DNA from: the human T2T-CHM13v2.0 reference genome, Homo sapiens
Assembly: GCF_009914755.1 (NCBI RefSeq)
Contig: NC_060928.1
Direction: 5' to 3' (one strand)
Length of the DNA: 64,000 nt
Made by a program: the position numbers and the translations under genes. A model generated the notes under the pieces. It was not told the origin of the DNA, searched no databases, and worked only from the letters and a program-made list of their open reading frames with translations. Numbering within the stretch: position 1 is the first letter of the stretch; every line of letters starts with the position of its first letter. Below are positions 31,171-44,085 of this stretch, piece after piece.

Positions 31171-31262
31171 AATTGCCATTAAATAACACAATACACAAAA
31201 TTTATCTCTAGAATGGGTTCAGTCACTTTCAGTGGATCCTTTGTCATGATTTTAGTTGTCTT

Positions 31263-31585
31263 CCATGGAACACTACACAGCCACAAAAAAAACAAAATCA
31301 TGTCTTTTGCAGCAATATGAATGTAGGTGGAGGCCATTTTCCTAAGCAAATTAATGCGGAACAGAAAACCTAATACCCATGTTCTCACTTATAAGTGGAA
31401 GCCAAACATTGGGAACTCATTGACATAAAGGTGGCAACAATAGACACTGGAGTCTAACAGAGCACGGAGTGAGAGGAGGGATAAAGGGGTGAAAAAATAA
31501 CTTTTAGGTAGTATGCTCACTATCTCAATGACAGGATCATTCGTATCCCAAACCTCAGCCTCATGCAATCTACCCATGGAGCAAT
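31263..31585 (+). mobile_element. L1PB/old L1PA 3-prime fragment
   Basis: aatcatgtcttttgcagcaatatg...gttctcacttataagtgg...cccaaacctcagc. Confidence 0.85.
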
Positions 31586-32272
31586 AATTAATTAACTAAT
31601 TAATTAATTTTAAAATATAGTGTCTAAAGAAGAAAGATTAACTAAGTAGGCTAAGACCAGCTAAGCAGGTAACCTTAAGCTATAATGCCTTATTTCAGGG
31701 TTCTGGAAAAAATCTGAACCTATCTATTAATTACAATTAGTGTACTATGTCTGGATCCTTAATAATAAAAAAGAAAACATCAAGCATAAACAACAAAAAA
31801 TTGATGTAAAATTATTTGAAAAATTTTCAAAAGTTTAAAACATATTATTTACCATCACTACCAGACATTGAAATTATAACACTGATTTGAAGAACAGGAA
31901 AACCATTGAACCCATCATTTATGAACTATTTTAACAATCACGAGTGGTAAGAACTGTTGTGCTCCTAAGAAAAGATTCCAGAAAAATAGACAACAGAACA
32001 AATTGTTATAGCACCTGTGCTTCGAGTTACCTTAGAAAGCCATGTTCAAACTGGAGAGCAGAGAAAGCTTTTCTCAAGAAAGCAGCAATTTAAGTGAATT
32101 TGAAAACTGAGCTATCTAGGACAATGATATAAGAAAATAGATTTTAGGTAGAGAAAATAGCATGTGCAATTTTTTTGTCATGATTCAGAGCATTCTGGCT
32201 CTAGTGTAAGAATTGGTTTAGATTTCTATTCCCTCACTTACTAGATCTGTGACCTTGGGGGAATCACTTCAT

Positions 32273-32592
32273 GTTTTTTGTTTGTTTTTTTGTTTGCTTG
32301 TTTGTTTTTTGAGACAGAGTCTCACTCTGTCGCCCAGGCTTGAGTGCAGTGGCGAGATCTAGGCTCAGTGAAACCTCTGCCTCCCGGGTTTAAGTGATTC
32401 TCCTGCCTCAGGCTCCCAAGTAGCTGGGATTACAGGTGTGCACCACCACGCTCAGGTAATTTTTGTATTTTTAGTAGAGTCAGGGGTTTCACCATCTTTG
32501 CCAGGATGGTCTCGATCTCTTGACCTCGTGATCACCCCTGCCTCGGCCTCCCAAAGTGCTGAGATTATAGGAGTGAGCCACCGTGCCCAGCC
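32273..32592 (-). mobile_element. AluSc-like element inserted in a MIR
   Basis: ccaggatggtctcgatctcttgacctcgtg; TSD cacttcatgtt at 32265 and 32593; MIR core ctgtgaccttggg precedes and cttcagttccttcatc follows. Confidence 0.92.
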
Positions 32593-33354
32593 CACTTCAT
32601 GTTCTTAAACTTCAGTTCCTTCATCCCAAAAATGGGAATAATATTTTGTCAAGAGGATATTGCTAGTATCAAATAAGGAAATTCAAATAAATTTCTTTGC
32701 AGCACACAATTAGTGCTGAAACATGCTAGCCATCATGTCTCTGACATCACTATAGATAGAAGGGAGAAAGAGAAGGAACAGAAGGCCCTGACGTGCTTTT
32801 TTGGAAATGAGGTGAGTCTCTGGCAAGACTCTAAAGTCATTGAACAAAACATGAATTTTGATGACTTCTAAAAATATTCTATCCCAACCATAATCGTTAT
32901 TGAATAAATCAGAGATGAATTATAGACATATTAATTGGATTAGAATCCCATCTTTGAACTGTTTTCCAAACAGCAAACGCACAAGGTAACAAGCACAGAA
33001 CTTGAGTGTTGCTGAAGACAAATTTCAATATTTCAATATAGACGGGCAGCTTTAATTGGCAAAATGAAAAGATTTTTGTTGGCAGCCATAGTCAGAACAC
33101 TAATCTGGTCACAGAAGCATCAGTGTGAGGCCAATATAGATATATTCATGACATGTAATGAAACAAAACATTCATCTCATATCTGTCCTTAGAAACTTCA
33201 ATGATTTATCAAATTAATATCCATCCACACATTAAAATGATAAGTTAACAAAATGTGTACATTTTCAGTTTATGTTTTGATGAAAATCAAATTACAAATC
33301 TGTTTTCTATATACAATATATTTCCCTCCATTTGCTCTTAGTTTGATACTGTTA

Positions 33355-33650
33355 TGCTCTTTTTTTTCTAAAACAGGGTCTTCCTCTGTTGCACAGGCCA
33401 GAATGCAGTGGCACAACTTTGGCTCACTCCAACTTCCCCCTCCTGAGTTCAAGTGATTCTCATGCCTCAGCCTCCTGAGTAGCAGGGATTACAAGTGTGC
33501 ACCACCACATCCAGCTAATTTTTGTATTTTTAGTAGAGATGGGGTTCCGCCATGCTGGCCAGGCTGGTCTCAAACTCCTGGCCTCAAGTGTTCTGCCCAC
33601 CGAGGCCTCCCAAAGTGCTAGGATTGTAAGTGTGAGCCAAGGGACCCGGC
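33355..33650 (-). mobile_element. Alu (AluJb/Sz class)
   Basis: Full reverse dimer; degenerate TSD tttgatactgtta / tttgaccctgtta. Confidence 0.92.
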
Positions 33651-34014
33651 TTTGACCCTGTTAATACTATTGTTTCTTTATGTTATTGTTCTGGATATTT
33701 TATCAAAATTAGAAGAACTTCAAGATTAATATAAGCTCAATATTTTAAGAAATCATTAAAAATATAGTTCCCATTAGAAAAGGAATTTTATTGGTTTACT
33801 CCTGCAAGCTTGAAGCAGTTGTCTTTTGTTATCTGTAGAATCATGGTCCTACACATTATTTTTTGCTTTTAAATATTTATCCTCTTTCCATTTTACTTTA
33901 CCAATGAGTCTGTCTATATAATATTCATGAAGTCTAAAACCTATTTTTTCCATAATTTATTCCATGGATTCATGCTACTGAGTAGATTATTGAAGAGTTT
34001 CTTAAATAATACTA

Positions 34015-34250
34015 TAGTAACATTTATTTACACCTTACTACATGCCAAGCATTAAACTAATTGTTTTGTATATTTAGCTCATTTGATTGTTGTAATCATT
34101 GTATGTCACAGATACCATTTATTTCCACTTTACATGTGAAAAACCTGAGGCCCTGTGATATTTACGTAATTTACTCAAATCAAAAAGCTAGTTAGTAGAA
34201 GAGATAGGATGGAAACCAGAAAGTCCAGAGATTTAACCCATACACTAATC
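34015..34250 (-). mobile_element. MIR SINE
   Basis: cttactacatgccaagca...ccactttacatgtgaaaaacctgaggc. Confidence 0.7.
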
Positions 34251-35199
34251 TGCTGTTCTATGTACTAGATGCAAGCAAACAGAATTTATTCTGTTTAAAT
34301 TTCTTCTGTTTAAATGTATTTCTTCTGAAATAAATCACATTTCTTGGTGAAGAAAATAGAACTATATTAGGTACCTTGTATAGGGAAATGGGGAAAGGAC
34401 TAAAAATGTAATGAAACTAGTGTTATTGTTTTTGTTTCCCTTCTCATATTTGAGAAAACAATTAAGGAAACATTGTGTATCCTCAATTAAAATGACTGTA
34501 TCAGGGCTTTACACTGAATACAGAATGTCCACAAATTAGGCAGTAAGAGAACCTGGGTCTCTGTTACTGGGTGAGTTGATATGAAAAGTGCAGTGAACAT
34601 GGATATATGATGCACATTAAATGGCCATAAGCAACATGTATGGATTTATAAAACATGATTATGTAGAAAAAATTATATACAATAAGCTATACAACCATTA
34701 AATAAAAAACATATGCGTATGATTTTAAATAAATATATTCATAATAATACTTTATGAAAAACAAACAACATATTAAAATGGTTGCTCTTTAGTGTAGATA
34801 AATGGCAAGCAGATTTGGGATAAAAATGAAAGTAGGTACATAAGAAAATATATAACCCAAGAGAGGGTCCTGTTTGGTTCAAGATGGAAATGTGCCATGA
34901 ATTGAGGCACATTATTAACTCAGCCCTCAACACATGAGATACAAACAAACAAACAAAAAACACAAGAATACAGGAAAAATAACAATAAAGGAGACAAGGA
35001 AAGAAGGAAAGGAAGAGAGAAAGGATGAGAGAGGGAGAGAGGATGAACAAACTTCAACTAATTGTAAAACCAGATTTTCTCTAAATATTTCAGATGACTC
35101 ATTTAATAAATTATAGGTAGAAATTTTCATTCAAATTTGAATAAGTATGCAGTGAAATGTGTCAACTTCATTGGAATGCATTATTTTTTGAATGGCAAT

Positions 35200-35744
35200 T
35201 TATATATTTAAAAGCTCTGGTAGGGAAGCCTGTCTTTCCAACAAAAATATCAGAATTCAAAAAACTCAGTTTCCGTTTCTCCTCGCATAAAGGTATATGG
35301 CTTCAGATATACCAAACCAACGGGCCCAGGCAAGATCTTGATTCAAATAGGCAAATTAAGAAACCACGTTCTTCACGAAGTTCTCGTTTTTGGCTTTCTG
35401 CTGATGAAAGTGAAGGAAAAAAACATGAAGATGTTGCTGGTAGAAATACTGATGATTTCTCTTTAGTTTTGAAGTTTGAGATCCAGAAACGGCAATGCTA
35501 CTTGTGGCAATAGCAATTGCAATAAAATCAAGACCTTGTCATTCATTGTTCAACAGCTGCCATGGCAATGTTCAGCTTCATCAGGCCAGATCTGTGGTAG
35601 CGTTTTGGGCATTGTTCCTCTAAATTTATATTCTAATGTTTGAATCTATTCTCAATGAGTCTATGAGCCACTTCATATCCTTTATTAATGCTCTTTTCTA
35701 TTTCAACTAGCCAGAGTATATTTTGAGTGCAACTAAGAATACAA

Positions 35745-35750
<6 letters not shown>
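35200..35750 (+). mobile_element. LTR33/LTR16-class ERVL LTR
   Basis: Terminal block cttttctatttcaactagccagagta...tgcaactaagaa; 5-prime boundary uncertain. Confidence 0.5.
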
Positions 35751-35776
<26 letters not shown>

Positions 35777-36901
35777 TCCCAGGAGAGGAGTGTTGTAGGC
35801 AAGTCTATTAAGGAAATGGGAATATAGGATCAGTGATCAGACTGTTGTGTTTCAGTGTAACAAGGATCCATTTGGTGTTAAAGAATGGCAATCTGACAAC
35901 TTCTGGCATATAGGGGCATGCAGCTCATTGCTTGTGCTCACCTCAAATCATATTGAAGATTATATTTTTGGTGACTCAAATTCCACCATAAACTCATGAG
36001 AAATTTAAGAAATTCAACAAAGATCGTCTGTGTCTAAATGCACTTCATAGTTTAAAGAAATAAAATCACCATCTCCAAGATTAAGTTCTTAGTTTAAATC
36101 ACATTGAAATGATCAGAGCATCTCTTGTCTCTTATAGTGGAAAGGATGACATAGCTATACATCAAAACTCAAGTCTTTTTCCATGAATTCCTGAATTACA
36201 AAGATGATTTAATTTATTTTTTGCCTTTTGAGAAAATGAGACCATTGACTGAGGAAAAAAGTTAAATCATGAGCATTGGAATATTTGGATAAATAGGAGG
36301 ATTCAGGTGACTGAAAATTTTCTCATCTGCTAAAACTTACTGAGTCCTTCTTGCTAGCAGATTCAGCTGTCCAACACATGACTGAGGAAGCTGCTCCTTC
36401 ATTTCTTCAATATCAAGTCCATACTTTATTTAAGGTGGTTAACTGATGGAAGAAAGCAATATTCTTTCTGACCAAATCTATTATTTCATTTGAACTCAAA
36501 ATCCCAACATCCTCTTGGGAGCCAATTATCTAGTTAATACTGAGGACTAGAAGCTTCTTGAATATGAGACTTGCAAGATTTTATAGCTAAATTTGTAAAT
36601 GCATGGGGGAATATGTGTGAAAATGGATTTTACGTGTTCCTGATATAGAACCAAGAAAGGATTTTAATTCAAGCTGGTATAAATATCTGATTAGAGATTC
36701 TAGATTCAATGTGCTACTTCTGGTAGCTGGCTTAGGTGCTAAATACTTCTTCAATTAGTTGACCAAAATCTGAACTGAAAAACAGGCTAAGTTAAATAAA
36801 GTTCAGACACTTGGAGTTCTTCCTTTTAATATACAAGGAATTCAATGACCTACTGAAATATGAAAGTTAAGGTGGAATTATTGTTCAAAGCCTGTGAAAT
36901 A

Positions 36902-37192
36902 GGCTGGATGCAGTGGCTCATGCCTGTAATCCCAGCACTTTGGGAGGACGAGGCAGGTGTATCACCTGAGGTCAGGAGTTTGAGACCAGCATGGCCAACA
37001 CGGGGAAATCATGTCTCTATTAAAAATACAAATATTAGCTGGGCCTTGTGGTGGGTGCTTGTAATCCCACCTACTCAGGAGGCTGAGGCAGGAGAAGTGC
37101 TTGAACCCAGGAGGCGGAGGTTACAGTGAGCCAAAATCTTGCCATCGCACTCCAGCCTGGGTGACAAGAACAAGATAAAAAAAAAAAAAAAA
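36902..37192 (+). mobile_element. AluSx/Sq element
   Basis: Full dimer with poly-A; TSD cctgtgaaata on both sides. Confidence 0.94.
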
Positions 37193-37746
37193 CAACCTGT
37201 GAAATAACCCACTGATTAAATTTTCAGAAAGAGCTCAGAAGATACTTTCTTCACTATAACAATAAAAAAGAATGATGAGCACAACAATGCTATCTTTAAA
37301 AAAACTCTATAATTTGTATTTTCTATACTGGGGAACACAGACATTGAAGCTACATTCAAGTGATTTCATTTCTTTAGGGTTTAGGAGTACTTTACCACTG
37401 GAATGGGGGTGGACACGGATCTCATAATAGGTAGCAGGATATGAATGGTAAAAAACACAGTACTCTAGCATGCAGAGACCAAAATAATGAGTCATCTGAC
37501 CCTTGGCAATGACATCAAGGTCTGGGAAGAAAAAAATCTAAATTTAGTGACCTACTTAGTCATGACCTGTTAATAGTGTTCACACTTGAATTAATTTACT
37601 TACCCCATGGCCACTTAAATGAAGAGAAACATGGTTACTCTTGAAGAAGTACTCTGCAATAGCATCATATGTTAGTATTGCACATCTTCTAGCTTTTCTG
37701 AAAGACATTGCCTACTATTTCTTTTCCTTTTTTTTTTTAGAGGATC

Positions 37747-38411
37747 TTTTTTTTTATTATTATACTTTAAGTTCTAGGGTACATGTGCACAACGTGCAGG
37801 TTTGTTACATATGTATACATGTGCCGTGTTGGTGTGCTGCACCCATTGACTCGTCATTTACATTAGGTATATCTCCTAATGCTATCCCTCCCCACGCCCT
37901 CCACCCCACAACAGGCCCCAGGGTGTGATGTTCCCCATCCTGTGTCCAAGTGTTCTCATTGTTCAATTCCCACATATGAGTGAGAACATGTGGTGTTTGG
38001 TTTTCTGTCCTTGCGATAGTTTGCTGAGAATGATGGTTTCCAGCTTCATCCATGTCCCTACAAAGGACATGAACTCATCCCTTTTTATGGCAGCATAGTA
38101 TTCCATAGTGTATATGTGCCACATTTTCTTAATCCAGTCTATCATTGTTGGACATTTGGGTTGGTTCCAAGTCTTTGCTATTGTGAATAGTGCCACAATA
38201 AACATACGTGTGCATGTGTCTTTATAGCAGCATGACTTACAATCCTTTGGGTATATACCCAGTAATGGGATGGCTGGGTCAAATGGTATTTCTAGTTTTA
38301 GATCCCTGAGGAATCGCCACACTGACTTCCACAATGGTTGAACTAGTTTACAGTCCCACCAACAGTGTAAAAGTGTTCCCATTTCTCCACACCCTCTCCA
38401 GCACCTGTTGT
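37747..38411 (-). mobile_element. L1PA (about PA4-5) 3-prime fragment
   Basis: ORF 37963-38382 is L1 ORF2 C-terminus ([18 protein letters not shown]...), followed by 3-prime UTR and poly-A. Confidence 0.96.
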
Positions 38412-40631
38412 TAAATACGTTAGGGAGGGAAGGAGGTGGGTGTAAATGCCCAGACCTTTCACAGATTATTGAATACTGCCTTCAAGCTAACATTGATCTT
38501 GGTGGATTCAGACTATCACCAAAAAAAATTTGCGTAAGTAGAAGTTATTAGGGTCACGTGATGAATGAGATTTTTGTCTTGGGTTCATATTACAGTTGAT
38601 ACAGTAATATTTCCATTTCAGCTTTTGATTATTTTACCAGATCTTTGGTGTGTATTTGGAAGAGTTACACTGTAAGTGTATCTCAGTGGCCCCTGAAGTC
38701 AAAGCTGTGAAACTCTAGTAATGGCCAAACTAAAGACCTCTGAGCATCTCTCTCCTACAAAAACAGTAAACATAAATCCCTGGGAGAATGTTTCAACTAG
38801 AGCCGTCATAAAGAACATGGAAGAAAAAAGGCTGGTGCTTATGAAAACATTAGCAGATTTAATTTACCTATTCAGTCTACATGGAAGACAAATTAATCTT
38901 GTAAAACAAAAATACCTTTAATCAGGTGGTGGTTCAAGTACAGGCAATGTGGTTTCTCCACTAAAGAGAATCAACAAAGACCCTGGCACTCATTATTATA
39001 ATAATAGTCTAAAAGGTGACCTTTTTTTTCTTTTTAGAAGTTCACATCTCAGTAAACAGAGATTGCCAACAAGTATTTGCCGCTTTTTGGCAGAAGCAAC
39101 AGTGTGCTTTCACCATATTGTTCTAATGGTCTCTGAAATTTCCCGTTTTACAGCCAGATTTAGTCTGTGGGAACACTGATCATTTCAATATTTTATGAGA
39201 CACCATGCTTGTCAACTACAAGGATGGCATCAAATTGAAAAGACCCATTGAACTGGTATTATAATGTCCTCCAGACATTTGGGCAAGAACTAAGAAATAA
39301 AACCCATGAAAGTATAGGTAACACCTACCTTGGTGTTATTTCTGATAGTCTGGGACAGCTTGGAACATGCCCTCCAAGGTAAGGTGCAAGTTTGCTGCAT
39401 TTTGCTACCCATAGCATGTCAACATAGCCCTCTGGAAAAAGGTTCCAAGAGTCTGAGCCTACATTCAAAACAATTAAAATGTGTCTGTTTCGGCCCAGAA
39501 TTAGAATTCTGTACCTTGGCATGTTAATTATTTGTAATTTTGGTTTTCTGGTTAGAATGAGCTTATTTTCTATTGGGACAAAATATACATGTATATATAT
39601 TAAAAGAGCTTTAAGCTTAAGCTTAGAAATTCCTAGTGTAAAATTATTTCAAAATAGAAACAAAGTATATATTTATAGAAAAACATAAATACACACTATT
39701 TTGTAAAAAGATAAAGAAATTTCAGAGTAACTGTTTTTAACAGAATTTCAAAATTTTACACTATGAGTTGCTATGTCTCTATCTGTATAGATAGATACAT
39801 TTCATAAGTCCTAAAAGAATAGAACAGAACAACAGAAGTGTTGTCATGTAAATAAATCTAAATATTATTTGGCAAAGAAAGATTATCATGTGTAAATCAA
39901 TTTTGTGTAAGAATGTATTATATATGAAATACTCATTAGAAAACTTGAAGAGCTAAATAATTTTATTCATTTTATAAGATTAATAGCTTAATAATGAACA
40001 TATCCACTATTTTATCCTCTAATTTGTATATCCACTATTTGCATATCTACTATTATATCCTCTAATTTTTATCCACTATTTATATTTTATTCCCTTTGTA
40101 ATTGGCCAAAGAATTCTTTATATAACTAACATATTGACATTTTATTTTCTTATCATTTTTCCCTTCATCATAGCCACTATTTCTTTACATTATGTAACAT
40201 CTACTTTTTTCTTGCTTTTCTCCCCTTTTACATTTGCTTATTTTTCTTGACCAAGAAAAGTCTCACAATTTTATAATTCTTTCTGGTCAGTAACATTATT
40301 ATAACCATGTTTTACAAGAACTATAAATTTGAACCAATTCTAGTATTTGACTTTTCCTTAAAATTTTGTAGCTTGATTATTACATGCAAAAAAGTATTGT
40401 TTTAGTCCAGATAGCTTCCCCTAAAAGCAAGTTCCTAGGCTCCATAATGATATAATGTTTTGGAAAATGTCTAAATACTATGTATACATTTATAAATCAT
40501 TTAATCGCTTCTATAGACTATCAGCCTAATGCAAAATTTTCAACTTGAACACACCTATTTTTCCTTCTTACACTTTTTGAATCCAATTTTGAATCTGGAC
40601 ATTCATTGTTGTCACACGCACAGAAATACAT

Positions 40632-41362
40632 TGTTGGAATGCAGAGAGAAATACCACAAAGAATGGTGCTTTGGCATGATGAGCACTTTGAATTAAAAGA
40701 AATCAGAAGACCTTAGATGTTCCCTCAGAACCACAAACTTTCTAACCTTCCCTTGTTTCTTCCCTGTCCCCTACATCTCACAATTGCAGGGAGGGACTCT
40801 CACTGAAATTTCCTTATTTTACTAAGGGAAACTCCTTTTCAAAAGAAATGTGATTGTCTTAAAGCATCCTTCCTGAAAATCTCACAAATAATCAGGAAAC
40901 ATTAACCACCAGAAAAGAAAAGAGAAGAGACTAAAAGTCATCACCATGTCCAGACAGACTTTTTGTTTATTATTCTAAGGACACCTCCCAGAGATTACCT
41001 GGGAGACTTTATTTTTATAATAAGAAAACCTTTGTTCACAGTGAAGTTCGAAGTTCCTCCCCTCATCTTCTCATTACTGGTTCCCCCAGAGGTCAGAGAA
41101 AATTTATACCAGGTCATTGTTCTTTGAGATCATTCATTTCCCCATTTACACCCCCCCACCCCCATTTCCCTCTCTATATGAAGAGGGTATTTAAGCCTCA
41201 ACCATCTGGCCCTTCTTTGAGTCTTATATATGTGGGATACCACATCCAAGTGCGTGTTACTGAATTTATTATGGATGTTTTTCCCTATTAAGCTGTCTAT
41301 TTTCAGTCACCACAGCAAACTTACAGAGAGGGCCAAAGGGATGCATTTCCTGTACCCCTACA
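40632..41362 (+). mobile_element. MER39/MER34-class ERV1 solo LTR
   Basis: tgttggaatgcag...gctttggcatgatgagcactttgaa start and ...cccctaca end. Confidence 0.7.
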
Positions 41363-41660
41363 AAATCAATCAGAAAATATCAACACAACTGTTGAGGCTA
41401 ATTATAAATTTGAAATCAATTATTTAAAAAAGAAACATATTTCCTGAAAACAATCTTTGGAGGATCTCAAAACTAAATTTAAAATCTGCTGAAAAAAGTT
41501 TTATATAACAACCACATATGGTGAAGATAACTTTCTTCAATTTAATTCTTAAAAGATATTTAGGCATTAAAAACTACTACAAAACACTTTCTGCAATTTG
41601 GGTACTTAAAAAGTGTTTTGCCATGGTGGCATTAAACTTAAGACATTTTAGGAATTATTC

Positions 41661-42800
41661 TGAAACCACCTTTGCAGAGATTATAACAGTGATATGGCTT
41701 GGGCCTGTGTCCCTTCCCAAATCTCATGTTTAATTGTAATTCCCAATGTTGGAAGTGGGGCCTCCTGGGAGGTGACTGGATCATGGGGGCAGTTTCTTGA
41801 GAACAGCATATCCTTGCTGCTCTCATGATAGAGAGCAAGTTCTGAAGAGGTCTGGTTGTTTAAAGTGTGCAGCACCTTCCCTGTCTCTTGTATTCCTGCT
41901 CTCGCCATGTGAGATGCCTCACTCCTTCTTTGCCTTCTGCCATAATTGGAAGCCTCCTGGGGCCTCACAAGAAGCAGAAGCTGCTATGCTTCTTGTACTG
42001 CCTGCAGAACCATGAGCCAATTAAACCTCTTTTCTTTATAAATTACCCAGTCTCAGGTATTTATAGCAGTGGAAAAAGACTAATACAAACAGTGAGAAAA
42101 TTATGACAGTTAAAGAGATCTTACTTAATTGACTCCATCTTTCCTTTAACCTCCAAGCTGGCCTTGTTCATTCCTCGGGATAGACTGAACTAACTTTGGG
42201 GGGAATTTAGTTTATGGTTTAGCTTTCCAACAAAAATGATACTAACTCCTATCTGAAACAAATCCCCTCCTTGCTTAGGGACCAGACAACATTTGTAAAA
42301 CTAACAAATTAGCCATAAGATTAAAAATTATGGCTCAGGGGTCATGCAGCCAGAATCCACAGGATTCCTAACCTCCCCAATGGCTCCCATGGCTAACATT
42401 ATTATTTTAAGACCTTTGATTGGTGTTCAAGATATTTTTCAGACACTGCAGCATTCTGATGGATCAGCTGGCATCATACAGAACACTTAAACTGGCTCAT
42501 TTGGTCTTGTAGCCCTCACCCGGAACTGACTCTGCAGGAGGACAGATTCAGCTTCTTATGATTTCATCCCTGACCCAACCAATCAGCACTCCCCATTCCC
42601 TAGACTCCTGCCCACCAAACTATCTTTAAAAAACTCTAGCCTCTGACTTTTGACAGAGCTGATTTGAGTAATAATAAAACTCTGGTCTCCTGCTTAGCTG
42701 GCTCTATGTGTATTAAACTCTTTTTCTGTTGCAATTTCCCTGTCTTGATCAATTGACTCTCTCTGGGGAGGGGGCAAGAAGAAACCATTGGGTGGTTACA
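41661..42800 (+). mobile_element. LTR8A/LTR8B-type ERV1 solo LTR with nested MSTA
   Basis: tgaaaccacctttgca start; gactccatct...aacctccaagctg...ttgttcattcct; aataataaaactctggtctcc; ggtggttaca end. Confidence 0.85.
41690..42087 (+). mobile_element. MSTA MaLR solo LTR
   Basis: tgatatggcttgg...ccaattaaacctcttttctttataaattacccagtctcaggtat...gactaataca; perfect 5-bp TSD aacag at 41685-41689 and 42088-42092. Confidence 0.9.
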
Positions 42801-43657
42801 ATTAGAAGTTTCCATAATTGTTGTGTAAAATAAGACTTAGTGATTCTGGAATGCTGATACTGAGAAGAATCTTATTTTGATGTTTTGGGTAGGTTTGCAA
42901 AATGTTACAGTGTATACAGTGAGAAGTCTAACCAATAGCAACCAAAAGTCAACAAAATTGTCTGCTGTGAATATAAAAATTTGTTTTACAAGACACCTAT
43001 GTCTTGACCACCTGGATGAAAATTGATCTTTTTTTGGTATTTAAGGTATTCAAGTTTCAAATAATATACTTGGGAGGCTGAAGGGGCCAGAAAGTTAAAG
43101 ACAACTATAGCAAATATTTGTTGAATACATCATTAAAAAATAAACAGTTATTTTCTCTATCTAGTTTATCAAAGGAATACCTTTCAAAGAAGTTAAGGTT
43201 ATGCAAGCTGGAAAATGTACTTCTAAAGGAACACAACTCGGTGATTGTTCGATATGCTTACAATATGTTGGTAGAAGATTCATACGTAGAATCAAGTAAA
43301 GTTGAAAGATGTTTCGTAAGAAGGCTGAAGCCAAAGGTTTCAAGCCAATATTTTTCTAATATGGGAAGAGAGTTCACATTTACCGAACACTCCTGATGTC
43401 TAGATACAGTGACAAAAAGTCAACACATGCTAGCATTGCCTACAGCTGAGTCTATGCTGAGGGAAAAATTGATTTTCGCTATTCCTGTCCAGCTCTTTAG
43501 CACTTCTATTAGTTTCACCTTAGGTTAGGTAGTAAATGGTAAAAAATATAAACGATTCACTGGGGAAAGTGGCTTATATGTGTGCATTATATTTTCTAAT
43601 AGGAAAAAAAATGCCATAGACAAATATTCAATGTGGCTAAGAACATGAAGAGTATAG

Positions 43658-44085
<428 letters not shown>

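Larger units (their letters stand above)
35776..39520 (+). mobile_element. Decayed ERVL-class internal sequence (ERV3-16A3_I-like gag/protease/pol remnant), interrupted by Alu and L1
   Basis: 38451-38498 translates QTFHRLLNTAFKLTLI, a decayed form of the ERVL protease motif QTFxGLLDTGSELTLI; leader aaggaaatgggaata directly follows the LTR. Confidence 0.6.

Noticed and set aside
35157-35513. 118-aa plus-strand ORF
   Set aside because: Overlaps a putative ERVL LTR, with no recognisable domain or splice support.
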